Below, piece by piece: positions 1-10,919 of a stretch of DNA of 64,000 nucleotides. The notes beneath the pieces were generated by a model, which was given only the letters and a program-made list of their open reading frames with translations, ran no database searches and was not told where the DNA came from. Source of the DNA: an uncultured Gemmatimonadaceae bacterium (GTDB taxonomy: Bacteria; Gemmatimonadota; Gemmatimonadetes; Gemmatimonadales; Gemmatimonadaceae). The translations under genes were made by a program, and so were the position numbers. How positions within the stretch are numbered: position 1 is the first letter of the stretch; every line of letters begins with the position of its first letter. The stretch is from NCBI GenBank assembly GCA_964506655.1, contig CAZDMG010000003.1, positions 9,582 through 73,581 on the forward strand, in the 5' to 3' direction.

Positions 1-443
1 AGTTCCATCAGTATCACGCGCAACACGGTGGCACGCGGCGTACAGTCGATACCAAAGAGCCGCTCCGCACTGAGTGCGAACGCCACGTTATTCCCCGGTG
101 AATTGAGGTAATCCTCGCGGTCCGTCCAGGGAATGATCTGATTGTACTGCCGGTACTCGCCGATCTTTTCAAAGCCGCAGTGCAGATACCCGATGTGCGG
201 GATGCACCGCACGACAGTCTCGCCATCCAGCTCAAGCACAAGACGCAGCACGCCGTGCGTGGCAGGGTGCTGCGGTCCGATGTTGATCAGCATGTGATCG
301 GACTCAAGCTCAGGTTCGCGATCGGGGACGGTGCTTATTGCCGCTCTTTCAGCAGTGCGCTGCACCAGCGGATTGGTAACCATCCTGCCGTCGGCATCCA
401 TGCCACTGGTGCCGAGTGCTACTTCTATGGTGCGTCTGGCCAT
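1..443 (-). CDS. nuoD: NADH-quinone oxidoreductase subunit D (5' part; runs off window edge)
   Basis: Hand translation from ATG at 443 (overlapping the nuoC stop) gives [11 protein letters not shown]...MLINIGPQHPATHGVLRLVLELDGETVVRCIPHIGYLHCGFEK, the canonical NuoD N-terminal motif. Not in the ORF track because it has no stop within the window. Confidence 0.95.
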   Translation of the reverse strand, partial: MARRTIEVALGTSGMDADGRMVTNPLVQRTAERAAISTVPDREPELESDHMLINIGPQHPATHGVLRLVLELDGETVVRCIPHIGYLHCGFEKIGEYRQYNQIIPWTDREDYLNSPGNNVAFALSAERLFGIDCTPRATVLRVILME

Positions 444-1171
444 TACTCGCCCGTCCCTGGGTCATCAGCATCGCTTCTGCGCTCTGTCAGCCGCGCCTGC
501 ATGTCTGCGGGCAACGCATCAAAGGCATCAGCGATGGTGAGTTCTTCCATTGAGTAGCGTGCTTCCGGATCGGCAGCGAGTGCCTGCTTGAGTTGCTCAG
601 AGCGGCTGAAGCGACCGCGGAGCGGAAAGTCCTTGCGCAACGGATAGCCTTCACGATACGACTCCCACAGCAGAATACGCCTCAGGTCGGGGTGTCCCTC
701 AAACCGGATGCCGAACATGTCATACGTCTCCCGCTCAAGCCAGTCTGCGCCTGTATAAATATCAGTGATGCTCGGCACTGTAAGTTCACCGCGCTTGGGC
801 AATTCGACTTTTACACGCAGGAACCGCCTGTACGGCAATGAACGCAAGTGCCACACGACCTGCAACGGCGTGGTGCTGTCGCGATACTCGACTGCGGTAA
901 CATCCACCAGGTAGTTGTAGAGCTGCGAAGGATCGTCGTGCAGCCACTGAATTACATCATGGATCCGTGCCCGCTCGATGTAGACCGTAGTTTCGCCCCA
1001 GATGACTTCACTGCGCAGCACTGCCGAGCCGAAGCTCTCACGAAGCGCAGTTACAGACGGGTTCTCAGTGCCACCGTGGTGCTGAACATTCCGCGGTGAC
1101 GCTTCGGGGACGATGGGCGCTACTGAGCCAGCAGGAACCAGCTCCTTACCCGCCATATCGAATGAACTCAT
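443..1171 (-). CDS. nuoC: NADH-quinone oxidoreductase subunit C
   Basis: [25 protein letters not shown]...GYPLRKDFP signature; lies between nuoB and nuoD. Confidence 0.95.
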   Translation of the reverse strand: MSSFDMAGKELVPAGSVAPIVPEASPRNVQHHGGTENPSVTALRESFGSAVLRSEVIWGETTVYIERARIHDVIQWLHDDPSQLYNYLVDVTAVEYRDSTTPLQVVWHLRSLPYRRFLRVKVELPKRGELTVPSITDIYTGADWLERETYDMFGIRFEGHPDLRRILLWESYREGYPLRKDFPLRGRFSRSEQLKQALAADPEARYSMEELTIADAFDALPADMQARLTERRSDADDPGTGE

Positions 1172-1797
1172 GGCGCGGATCTGGTCTGATGGACAGAGTT
1201 GCCAAACGGCTCTGACAGTTCATCGATGCGCGACGGCGGAATGTAGAGCTGGCTCGACGGATCCGGCTCTATCTCCTGTCTGAGCGACGAGGAATCGCGC
1301 AAGCGCTCCTTCATCACTTTCTTCTGAAGCATCATGATGCCGTACATGAGCGCTTCCGGACGCGGCGGACACCCTGGTACATAAACATCGACAGGGATGA
1401 TTGTGTCTATCCCCTGCACCACTGCGTAGTTGTCGAACATCCCGCCGGTGGACGCGCATGCACCCATGGAGATGACCCACTTCGGTTGCGGCATCTGCTG
1501 ATAGATGCGACGGATAACAGGTGCAAGTTTGTACGGCACGCGACCTGCGCAAAGCAGCACATCTGCCTGACGCGGTGAGTAGCTGAGGCGTTCCATGCCG
1601 AAGCGCGCCAGATCGTATCTGCTGGCAGCAGTTGCCATGAACTCAATTGCGCAGCACGCCGTTCCGAACGGCATTGGCCACAGAGAGTTGGCGCGTGCCC
1701 AGTTGACCAGGAAATCGAGTCGGGTAACGATCCATCCGTCCTGCGACTTTGGATCGAGCGCGGTGCTGTGTCTGTCCGGTGCCTGTGTTACTCCCAT
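1168..1797 (-). CDS. nuoB: NADH-quinone oxidoreductase subunit B
   Basis: [37 protein letters not shown] motifs. Confidence 0.97.
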   Translation of the reverse strand: MGVTQAPDRHSTALDPKSQDGWIVTRLDFLVNWARANSLWPMPFGTACCAIEFMATAASRYDLARFGMERLSYSPRQADVLLCAGRVPYKLAPVIRRIYQQMPQPKWVISMGACASTGGMFDNYAVVQGIDTIIPVDVYVPGCPPRPEALMYGIMMLQKKVMKERLRDSSSLRQEIEPDPSSQLYIPPSRIDELSEPFGNSVHQTRSAP

Positions 1798-2192
1798 GAC
1801 AGCGCACCCTTCTTCCAGACGTAAATAAATCCGACAATGAGTATGGAAGCAAAAATGAGCATCTCACCGAGACCAAAGAACGAAATGTTGCCTGCCGGAC
1901 AGATGCCATCTGCAAGCGGGACTTTGCAGGAGAGTTGCCTGTAGTGGACTCCCCACGGGATCATGAAAACAGTTTCTATATCGAAAACAATGAACAGCAT
2001 TGCAACGAGATAGAACTTCACGGAGAAGCGTTCACGGGCGTCTCCGATAGGAGCCATCCCGGACTCGTAAGGCTGCTTTTTTACATCAGTAGGCTTTGCC
2101 CGGACCGTAACATGAGCGATGCCAAGAATCGACACCGCACTTAACAGTACGAGGCCCAGCAGCAGGATAACTGGAAGATAGTTTCTGACCAT
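1788..2192 (-). CDS. nuoA: NADH-quinone oxidoreductase subunit A
   Basis: KQPYESG...[19 protein letters not shown]...[10 protein letters not shown]; three TM segments. Confidence 0.95.
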   Translation of the reverse strand: MVRNYLPVILLLGLVLLSAVSILGIAHVTVRAKPTDVKKQPYESGMAPIGDARERFSVKFYLVAMLFIVFDIETVFMIPWGVHYRQLSCKVPLADGICPAGNISFFGLGEMLIFASILIVGFIYVWKKGALSWE

Positions 2193-2222
2193 CAGGACCG
2201 GTGGCGCGCCTGTCGGCGCACT

Positions 2223-2240
2223 TCGTGAAAGAATTCACAA
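2223..2240. promoter_or_regulatory. Rex (NADH/NAD+ sensing repressor) operator upstream of nuoA
   Basis: TCGTGAA-AGAA-TTCACAA, one mismatch from the Rex consensus TTGTGAA-N4-TTCACAA; lies between the predicted promoter and the nuoA ATG. Confidence 0.8.
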
Positions 2241-2252
2241 ACGCGACAACTG

Positions 2253-2281
2253 AACCTAGTATATGTACCACCCTCTCTCAA
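2253..2281 (-). promoter_or_regulatory. sigma70-like promoter of the nuo operon
   Basis: TTGAGA-17 nt-TAGGTT on the minus strand. Confidence 0.55.
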
Positions 2282-2441
2282 TATCCGTACCTCGGGAGCA
2301 ACCCATCTGTTGAGACTTCCCGAACCCAATTGCGCCGGGATTTCCGTAATCCGGTTGCATAGCATAAATTCGCTTTCCAGCCACGCAGCATCGGTACTCC
2401 CTAAACCCCTCCCCTCCCCTCCCCTACTACCTGCACAAACA

Positions 2442-2996
2442 ATGGGTCTCTGCTCAGATAAATGGATCACCAGGATGGCGCGCGAACACGGTATGATCGA
2501 ACCGTTCGAAGACAGACAGGTCCGCGAAGGCGTCATCTCGTACGGCGTCAGCTCCTACGGCTACGACATGAGAGTGGCACGCGAATTCCGGATCTTCACC
2601 AACGTCCTCAACTCCATCGTTGACCCGAAAGCATTCGATCCAAAAAGCTTCGTCGAGTTCGAAGGCGATGTCTGCATCGTGCCCCCCAACTCCTTTGCCC
2701 TCGCACGCAGCATCGAATACTTCCGCATCCCGCGTAACGTCCTGACCATCACACTGGGCAAAAGCACGTACGCACGCTGCGGGATTATCACAAATGTGAC
2801 TCCGTTTGAACCCGAGTGGGAAGGATATGTGACACTCGAAATCTCAAATACCACACCGCTCCCCGCCAAAATCTATGCCAACGAAGGGATCGCCCAGGTG
2901 GTCTTCTTCACGGGCGACGAAGAACCAGAGGTAAGCTACGGCGACAAAAAAGGGAAATACCAGGGGCAGCATGGGGTGACCCTCCCGCGGATCTGA
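2442..2996 (+). CDS. dcd: dCTP deaminase
   Basis: [36 protein letters not shown] motifs; start moved to ATG 2442 (MGLCSDKWI). Confidence 0.95.
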   Translation: MGLCSDKWITRMAREHGMIEPFEDRQVREGVISYGVSSYGYDMRVAREFRIFTNVLNSIVDPKAFDPKSFVEFEGDVCIVPPNSFALARSIEYFRIPRNVLTITLGKSTYARCGIITNVTPFEPEWEGYVTLEISNTTPLPAKIYANEGIAQVVFFTGDEEPEVSYGDKKGKYQGQHGVTLPRI

Positions 2997-3098
2997 ACGG
3001 CACTGGCCTGCCGGTCAGGGGCCCGTTGTCGGCATTATCGCCGCCAACTACGCTCAGCCCCCGACGTAGGCTCACTCGGCGCCTAGCCCCCCCCACGC

Positions 3099-3995
3099 TC
3101 AGTTCCCGGGTAACACCCGGCGGGGGAGCAACTTACGCTCCGGTGGTAGCGGCTTGCTCGCCAGACGGGCAGCCGTTGTCGCATACGCTGCATCGGACGG
3201 CGGATCACCGTTCGGCCAGTCCAACTCCTTACCGGGATAGTCCTGGCGCGGCTGCAATAGAACCCACGCCGCTATATCCGCTGCATCCTGTGGGCTTACC
3301 GATCCGGCGTTGTCATACGGCATGTTGTGCCTGATATACGTGGCCAACATCTTCTGCCGCGCCATGCCAGCTCCCACCGAATAACTGTCCGCTCCCCAAA
3401 CCGCAGGCGCAATTATGGTCCCGCCACCGTCCACGCCATGGCAACGTGAACAAGTGGCTTCGAACGCATGTTCCCCGCGACTTGCCACACCCACCTCCTC
3501 CACCACCGGCAGTGCCTCGGGGCGCTCCTTAGACCCAATACTCCCAAGGTAGGCCAGCATATCCAGCATCGCCTGCGATGAATCGGGAAGCACATGACCA
3601 GCCAAACTGCGCACAATACAGTCGTTAATGCGCACTGTCATGGTTTCTTCGGTGCCGCTTCGGGCACGAAACCGGGGATATCGATCTGTTGACCCTAACC
3701 ACGGCAGTGCCGACGGATTGAGACCGCGGTCGAGGTGGCAGCTTGTGCATCGGAGTTGGTTGCCGCTGTACGCAGGTAACGAATCCCGGAAGTGTTCCAA
3801 CAGCGCGAGGCCACGCGAACTGTCGCCCGGCGACCACGCCACCTCCGCCAAACGCGAAGCGCCCGGCGCTGTCCCGCTTCCAGAGACATCACCAGACGCT
3901 TCGTTGTTGCCATCAGAACCACCGCAGGCGGCGGATAAGGCAGCGGCCAGCAGGTACGCTGACCATCTGCAAAACCACCGCCTTAAGTGAATCAA
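3099..3995 (-). CDS. tsdA: TsdA-family diheme cytochrome c (thiosulfate dehydrogenase/tetrathionate reductase-like), lipoprotein
   Basis: Lipobox-like LSAAC; two CxxCH (CTSCH, CSRCH); YPRFRAR; RINDCIVRS (catalytic Cys context); WGADSYSVGAGM; IRHNMP. Confidence 0.75.
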   Translation of the reverse strand: MIHLRRWFCRWSAYLLAAALSAACGGSDGNNEASGDVSGSGTAPGASRLAEVAWSPGDSSRGLALLEHFRDSLPAYSGNQLRCTSCHLDRGLNPSALPWLGSTDRYPRFRARSGTEETMTVRINDCIVRSLAGHVLPDSSQAMLDMLAYLGSIGSKERPEALPVVEEVGVASRGEHAFEATCSRCHGVDGGGTIIAPAVWGADSYSVGAGMARQKMLATYIRHNMPYDNAGSVSPQDAADIAAWVLLQPRQDYPGKELDWPNGDPPSDAAYATTAARLASKPLPPERKLLPRRVLPGN

Positions 3996-4036
3996 GAATT
4001 TCTCAGCCAGAACTCAGTTACGCCTCAACCCAACGA

Positions 4037-4786
4037 TTATTCGGCACGCCGGGCAGACGCTACGATGTAATCGCGATGCATCCGCTCAATCACATCAATG
4101 CTGATCTCCTTCGGGCAGGCCTCCTGACACTCACCCACCCATGTGCAGTTGCCGAAGCCCTCAATGTCCATTTGCTCTACCATCGAGATGGCTCGGCTGT
4201 CCCGCTCAGGCTGACCCTGCGGAAGCATCCCCAGATGCGTGATCTTGGCACCCGTAAAGAGAGATGCAGAACCGTTCGGACAGGCGGCAACACACGCACC
4301 GCAGCCAATGCACGCGGCCGCGTCCATCGCGCCTTCAAGAGTGTCTTTGGGGATCAGAATCTCATTCGCATCGCGTGGCCCACCGGTCGCAACAGAAATG
4401 AATCCACCCGACTGAATGATGCGATCCAGAGCTGCACGGTTCACCACCAGATCCTTTACAACCGGAAATGCGGTCGACCGCCATGGCTCCACCACAATCT
4501 CGTCGCCATCGCGGAAGGCACGCATGTGCAACTGACATGTTGCCGTACCTTTCCATGGGCCGTGTGCCTGCCCGTTGATCATCATCGCGCACGAACCGCA
4601 GATCCCTTCGCGACAATCGTGTGAGAATGCGACTGGCTCCTCGCCCTTGTTCGTGAGATCCTCGTTCAGAACATCAAACATCTCAAGGAATGACATATCC
4701 GGGCTGACATCATCAACCGTGTATGTCTCAAGGTTGCCGCGTGTGTCAGGACCGGCCTGACGCCAGACTTTCAGTGTCAGCTTCAT
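4037..4786 (-). CDS. sdhB: succinate dehydrogenase/fumarate reductase Fe-S subunit
   Basis: [33 protein letters not shown] clusters. Confidence 0.95.
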   Translation of the reverse strand: MKLTLKVWRQAGPDTRGNLETYTVDDVSPDMSFLEMFDVLNEDLTNKGEEPVAFSHDCREGICGSCAMMINGQAHGPWKGTATCQLHMRAFRDGDEIVVEPWRSTAFPVVKDLVVNRAALDRIIQSGGFISVATGGPRDANEILIPKDTLEGAMDAAACIGCGACVAACPNGSASLFTGAKITHLGMLPQGQPERDSRAISMVEQMDIEGFGNCTWVGECQEACPKEISIDVIERMHRDYIVASARRAE

Positions 4787-6696
4787 TACTTGTAGCTCCG
4801 GGTGGAGAAGTGAACGTCCTGGTAAACAAGTGGTTCTTTATGCATCACGGGTGCCTTGCCGGGTCCCTTGTACTCCCATGCAGCAACGTACGCGAAGTCC
4901 GCATCGTTGCGCCTGGCTTCGCCTGCGTCCTGATACTCAACACGGAAATGCGCGCCGCACGATTCCTCACGATTCAGCGCATCCCGGCACATCAGCTCTC
5001 CCAGCTCAAGGAAATCCGCAACCCTGCCGGCATTCTCAAGTGACTGGTTAAGCGACTGACCGTCACCGGGTACATTCACGTTCTGCCAGAACTCCTCGCG
5101 CAGCTCAGGAATAAGCTGGATGGCTTTCTCAAGCCCTGCCTTGTCACGCGCCATTCCGCAGTACTCCCACATGATCTTGCCAAGCTGCTTGTGGAACGAA
5201 TCGACAGACCGCTTGCCGTTCATCGAAAGGAACTTCTCCTGCATCGCACGGATTCCGCTCTCCGCTTCCACAAACGCGGCGTGCGAGTTGTCTATCGGTG
5301 CCGACTTATTGTTCGCGATGTAATCACCAATAGTGTACGGCAGAACGAAGTAGCCATCTGCAAGCCCCTGCATAAGCGCAGACGCGCCCAGCCTGTTGGC
5401 CCCGTGATCGGAGAAGTTGGCTTCGCCTATAACATGCAGCCCGGGGATAGTGCTCATCAGGTTGTAGTCAACCCAGAGACCTCCCATGGTGTAGTGCACC
5501 GCGGGATAAATCCGCATCGGCACCTCGTACGGATTCTCATCTGTAATGCGCTGGTACATCTCAAAGAGGTTCCCGTACCGCTCCGCAATCACGTCGCGGC
5601 CGAGTCGCTTGATCGCATCGGCGAAATCCAGATAAACACCAAGTGACGTCGGGCCAACTCCACGCCCTTCATCGCACACCTCTTTTGCTGCACGCGACGA
5701 GATATCACGCGGCGAAAGATTTCCGAAACTCGGATACTTGCGCTCGAGGTAGTAGTCTCTTTCGGACTCAGGTATCTGCGACGGTGGACGCTTGTCACCC
5801 TTCTTGAGCGGCACCCAGACACGACCGTCATTCCGGAGCGATTCCGACATAAGTGTCAGCTTGGACTGGTGGTCGCCACTCACGGGAATGCAGGTCGGGT
5901 GAATCTGTGTATAGCACGGGTTGGCAAACGCAGCACCCTTCTTGTGTGCTCTCCAGATCGCAGTAGCGTTGGAGTGCTTGGCATTCGTGCTCAGATAGTA
6001 AACGTTGCCATAACCACCGGTGCCAAGTACAACAGCATCTGCTGCATACGAGGTAATGCGCCCGGTAAGCAGGTTCCGCGTGACGATGCCGCGCGCATGC
6101 CCGTCCACCAGCACCAGATCGAGCATCTCTTCGAACGGATGCATTGACACGCCACCTTTCGCAACCTGCCGCTCCAGCGCCTGATAGGCACCGAGCAAGA
6201 GCTGCTGACCGGTCTGACCGCGTGCATAGAAGGTACGGGACACCTGTGCACCGCCGAACGAACGGTTGGCAAGCAGACCGCCGTATTCACGTGCAAACGG
6301 CACTCCCTGCGCAACACACTGATCGATGATGTTCACCGATACCTGCGCAAGACGGTAAGTGTTGGCTTCACGCGAACGGAAGTCACCACCCTTGACCGTG
6401 TCGTAGTACAGGCGACGAATACTGTCGCCGTCGTTCTGATAGTTCTTGGCTGCGTTGATGCCACCCTGTGCAGCAATGGAGTGTGCGCGGCGCGGCGAGT
6501 CGTGGTACACGAAGCACGACACCTTGTAACCCAGCTCTGACAGTGTGGCTGCGGCCGAACCGCCTGCCAGCCCTGCACCCACCACGATGATGTGGTGCTT
6601 ACGCTTGTTTGCAGGGTTTACAAGCTTGATGTTGAAACGATGGTTGTCCCACTTCTGCTCCAGAGGGCCGTCTGGGATCTTTGCGTTGAGTTCCAT
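4786..6696 (-). CDS. sdhA: succinate dehydrogenase/fumarate reductase flavoprotein
   Basis: GAGLAG FAD motif, [26 protein letters not shown]. Confidence 0.96.
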   Translation of the reverse strand: MELNAKIPDGPLEQKWDNHRFNIKLVNPANKRKHHIIVVGAGLAGGSAAATLSELGYKVSCFVYHDSPRRAHSIAAQGGINAAKNYQNDGDSIRRLYYDTVKGGDFRSREANTYRLAQVSVNIIDQCVAQGVPFAREYGGLLANRSFGGAQVSRTFYARGQTGQQLLLGAYQALERQVAKGGVSMHPFEEMLDLVLVDGHARGIVTRNLLTGRITSYAADAVVLGTGGYGNVYYLSTNAKHSNATAIWRAHKKGAAFANPCYTQIHPTCIPVSGDHQSKLTLMSESLRNDGRVWVPLKKGDKRPPSQIPESERDYYLERKYPSFGNLSPRDISSRAAKEVCDEGRGVGPTSLGVYLDFADAIKRLGRDVIAERYGNLFEMYQRITDENPYEVPMRIYPAVHYTMGGLWVDYNLMSTIPGLHVIGEANFSDHGANRLGASALMQGLADGYFVLPYTIGDYIANNKSAPIDNSHAAFVEAESGIRAMQEKFLSMNGKRSVDSFHKQLGKIMWEYCGMARDKAGLEKAIQLIPELREEFWQNVNVPGDGQSLNQSLENAGRVADFLELGELMCRDALNREESCGAHFRVEYQDAGEARRNDADFAYVAAWEYKGPGKAPVMHKEPLVYQDVHFSTRSYK

Positions 6697-6699
6697 GGT

Positions 6700-7461
6700 T
6701 TACCGGGCTCCGGAATCGGCAGGGAGTTCTGCAACAGCGCTCTCAGTCCCTGCGTCGCCAGCGGTGGCGGATGGAGTGCTGACATCTGAAACGAGTGGGT
6801 GCGACTCAGGAAACCAACCGAGCGCGACACCGATCGGAATAATTGCGAAACCACAGGCGATCACAATCGCAATAACGATTGAAAGCCGCCTCTTGAGTGG
6901 CTGCGCCGATGCACGCGCAAGACCAAGCGTGCGGAATACAGCCCAGGAACCGTGGTACAAGTGAAGCGCGAGCGCTGCCATCGCCAGCAGGTAGAAACCA
7001 ATTACAAGCGGGTTCCGCATTCCTGTGGCAAGGTTGTTGTACGGATCCAGATGCACAAAGTCCGGATGCAGTGTACCGGTTGTCATGTGCAGGATATGGA
7101 ACACGATGAACAGCAGGAGGATGAGTCCGCCGATACGTATCGTGCGCACTGCAAAAGTTGTAACCTGCGGCTTCCGCTTTTCATAGCCTTGCGGACGCGC
7201 TGCCTTCGAGCGTCTCGTAAGCTGGACCGCGGCGATGATATGCAATACAACCGACGCGATCAGTACCAGGCGGATGGCCCAGAGTAGCGGCATACTGGTG
7301 CGCAGTAACGTCGCGTAATCGTGCATCGCAGCCTGCCCGGAGAACATGAGCAGATTGCCGGACATGTGACCAAGTACGAAGAGCACACCGATGGCACCGG
7401 TAACGGCCATCACTACCTTTTTGCCGATCGTACTATCCCAGAAGCGTATCAGACCGTGCAT
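6700..7461 (-). CDS. sdhC: succinate dehydrogenase cytochrome b subunit
   Basis: STIGKKVVMAVTG...HMSGN, multiple TM helices with His ligands; upstream of sdhA. Confidence 0.9.
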   Translation of the reverse strand: MHGLIRFWDSTIGKKVVMAVTGAIGVLFVLGHMSGNLLMFSGQAAMHDYATLLRTSMPLLWAIRLVLIASVVLHIIAAVQLTRRSKAARPQGYEKRKPQVTTFAVRTIRIGGLILLLFIVFHILHMTTGTLHPDFVHLDPYNNLATGMRNPLVIGFYLLAMAALALHLYHGSWAVFRTLGLARASAQPLKRRLSIVIAIVIACGFAIIPIGVALGWFPESHPLVSDVSTPSATAGDAGTESAVAELPADSGAR

Positions 7462-7479
7462 GAGTATAAGGAGGGTGGG

Positions 7480-7513
7480 ACGACGTGCCGTTCATGCAGG
7501 AACGACACGCCGT
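7480..7513 (-). other. 14-bp RNA hairpin between mdh and sdhC
   Basis: ACGGCGTGTCGTTC-CTGCAT-GAACGGCACGTCGT pairs fully on the minus strand with two G-U pairs; no U-tract. Confidence 0.6.
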
Positions 7514-7527
7514 TTCGCTTGTCAGGC

Positions 7528-8460
<933 letters not shown>

Positions 8461-8601
8461 TTAGCGGCTCTCCGTCCGGTTGATGCTGTATTCATGAACC
8501 CCGTGCGCGCTTACAACTGTTGCACGCAAAGGCAGTATCAGCAACATAGAGCCCAGTACGATAAAGCCGCAACTCAGTAGCTCAGCGATAACCCCGGACT
8601 T

Positions 8602-9627
8602 TCAGCCACCAACCTGACTGAGAGCCCTCAACCCGCCGTTATCCATGTCCAGCAGCCTGTGTGCCCGGGGCTTGCCGGCAAGTGCGGCCGCAAACAGTGG
8701 TGCCACCGGCTCCCCAGCCCGAAGCGCATCCCGCAACAATACCTCATGATTCCCGAATAAACATGTCCGCAATCTGCCGTCGGCGGTAAGACGCACACGG
8801 TTACAACTGTCACAGTAGGAGTGACTCATCGGTGTTATCACCCCAACCGAACCAGGCGCGCCCGGGAAACGGAAGTACCGCGCCGGACCGTTCCCACGCG
8901 CCGGACCGGCATCCTCCTCCAACTCGCCCGTGCGACGCACGCGGTCCAGTATCTCAGAGCCAGACACCACATGCTCCCACGTAAGCTCCCGCAATTCACC
9001 GACGGGCATCAGCTCGATAAAACGGATGTGCCACGGGTGCACCCTTGTAAGAGCCGCAAAGTCAGCGATCTCATCATCGTTGATCCCGCGCATTACCACG
9101 ACGTTAACCTTCACCGGATCAAGACCCGCGTTTACAGCGGCCGATGCTGCCCGCACCAGATCAAAACCCAGGTCACGACGCGCTATATCAGCTACACGCT
9201 CCGGGCGCAGTGAATCGGCGCTGATGTTCACCCGGTCCAGGCCGGCTGCGGCGTAGTCGTGCGCGACCCGATGCAACGTGACGCCGTTCGTCGAAAGTGA
9301 GAGATCTGTTATGCCAGGAATATCCCTGAGCATCCGGATAAGCCGGTGCAGCTCAGTGCGGATAGTGGGCTCGCCACCGGTAAGCCTGATCTTCCTTAGC
9401 CCCAATGGCGCAAGTTGCGCCACCAGATCCCGGATCTCCTCATAGCGCAGCAACTCCGCCTTGGGAAGCCAGGGTAAGCCCTCCCTGGGCATGCAGTAGC
9501 GGCAACGGAAGTTGCACCGGTCTGTAACCGAGATTCTCAGGTACTCAATGCGCCGTCCGAATTGGTCGAATGAAGCCGACTGACCAGGCACATCAGACAC
9601 CACGTCCTGCTCCAGAGTGGATTTCAC
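8602..9627 (-). CDS. moaA: GTP 3',8-cyclase
   Basis: YLRISVTDRCNFRCRYC, CDSCNRVRLTADG...C, C-terminal VGG. Confidence 0.95.
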   Translation of the reverse strand: MKSTLEQDVVSDVPGQSASFDQFGRRIEYLRISVTDRCNFRCRYCMPREGLPWLPKAELLRYEEIRDLVAQLAPLGLRKIRLTGGEPTIRTELHRLIRMLRDIPGITDLSLSTNGVTLHRVAHDYAAAGLDRVNISADSLRPERVADIARRDLGFDLVRAASAAVNAGLDPVKVNVVVMRGINDDEIADFAALTRVHPWHIRFIELMPVGELRELTWEHVVSGSEILDRVRRTGELEEDAGPARGNGPARYFRFPGAPGSVGVITPMSHSYCDSCNRVRLTADGRLRTCLFGNHEVLLRDALRAGEPVAPLFAAALAGKPRAHRLLDMDNGGLRALSQVGG

Positions 9628-10154
9628 TTGTGCCCACTCTCCGCAACACCGCCCTCAAGCCACTCGGAAGTGGCACCCACATAGTGTTCGTGCTTCCAAA
9701 CCGGCAGACGAACTTTGATTTCTTCAATCACACGGGTAGAGGCGCTTATTGCCTGCCGCCTGTGCGCATGCGATGCAGCAATTGCAACACTCACTTCGCC
9801 AAGAGCGAGATACCCCAGCCTGTGCATCACAGCCACCGATACACCAGGTGTGGCTGCGCACACCTCACTGGCTATTGCCTCAAGTTCAGCCTGAGCCATG
9901 GGGAGGTATCCCTCGTAAGTAATACCGGTTACAGCTCTACCTTCATTCTGATTCCTGACAGTGCCGATAAACACCGATACGGCTCCGGCAGAAGCGGACG
10001 CAACTGCAGCAATGAGGTCGGCAGTATTGATCGGCAGGTCGGTGAGCGCAGCAATGCGCACCTGGGTGGATCGCGGTGCGGCGCCTCCTGATATTACGGG
10101 ATCGACAGTTGCGCCGCCTGGGATCTCACCGAGTCCCAGCGGCGGCTTAACCAC
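9624..10154 (-). CDS. moaE: molybdopterin synthase catalytic subunit (start uncertain)
   Basis: GAVSVFIGTVR, HRLG, SHAHRR, VWKHE. Confidence 0.9.
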   Translation of the reverse strand: MVKPPLGLGEIPGGATVDPVISGGAAPRSTQVRIAALTDLPINTADLIAAVASASAGAVSVFIGTVRNQNEGRAVTGITYEGYLPMAQAELEAIASEVCAATPGVSVAVMHRLGYLALGEVSVAIAASHAHRRQAISASTRVIEEIKVRLPVWKHEHYVGATSEWLEGGVAESGHK

Positions 10155-10398
10155 CTGACACTGCAGGAAAGAGCGCTATCTCGTCGGTTTCACCCACCAG
10201 GCGCGCCAGATCTCTTTCGTAACGCTGATTGACAGCGATGAGGACACGGTCGTTCAGCGCACCACCACCCGGGAGCGCACGCACAGCGTCCACGACGTCA
10301 CCCACCGTACAAGGCGCGTCCAGATTCAGTTGTACGCGCCTCGAACCCACCGACTCGGCGTATGACGCAAAGAGCAGCACAGGTACCGTCATCGGCAC
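10147..10398 (-). CDS. moaD: molybdopterin synthase sulfur carrier
   Basis: LFA...AVNQ...DEIALFPAVSGG (C-terminal GG). Confidence 0.9.
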   Translation of the reverse strand: MPMTVPVLLFASYAESVGSRRVQLNLDAPCTVGDVVDAVRALPGGGALNDRVLIAVNQRYERDLARLVGETDEIALFPAVSGG

Positions 10399-10461
10399 TG
10401 CCGGCCATGGCTCAGGTGCCCGATGCTTGTCACAGCATGCACCCGAGGCTGGTATTCCCCG

Positions 10462-10794
10462 TTAATCGTCGGCGTCATCGTCACCGATGTCACCGGCGTC
10501 GTCACCGGCGACCATAGCGCGCAACTCTTTGGAGGGTTTAAAGACCGGAACAGGCCTGGCGGACACTTCCACCGGCTCGCCTGTGCGAGGGTTCCGCGCC
10601 ATGCGCGTCTTGCGTTGTCTGATCTTGAAGGTACCAAACCCCCTCACCTCAATATTTTCCTGTTCACGGAGTGCGTCTTTTATCGCATCCAGAAATGCGT
10701 CGACAACACGTGCGCAGTCCTTCTTGGAGATCGTCGGACCGGCTGTGCGCGCAATACGTGCGGTGACATTTTCAACCAGATCGGCTTTCGTCAT
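10462..10794 (-). CDS. HU/IHF family DNA-binding protein with acidic C-terminal tail
   Basis: MTKADLV...IEVRGFGTF...RMARNPRTGE...FKPSKEL. Confidence 0.93.
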   Translation of the reverse strand: MTKADLVENVTARIARTAGPTISKKDCARVVDAFLDAIKDALREQENIEVRGFGTFKIRQRKTRMARNPRTGEPVEVSARPVPVFKPSKELRAMVAGDDAGDIGDDDADD

Positions 10795-10890
10795 GGGCTC
10801 TTCCGAGGGATTCTTGAGCGCCGCGGGAGAGAATGCGGCGACAACAGGTAGGCGCTTGAAGGAGTTCGGAGCGTCGTGCCTGAGGCTCCG

Positions 10891-10919
10891 AACCTATGAC
10901 CTTAGTGCTTGCCAGTCAA
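10891..10919 (-). promoter_or_regulatory. sigma70-like promoter of the HU/IHF gene
   Basis: TTGACT-17 nt-TAGGTT; an inverted repeat TTCGGAGC/GCTCCGAA at 10865-10892 lies just downstream, overlapping the -10 edge. Confidence 0.6.
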
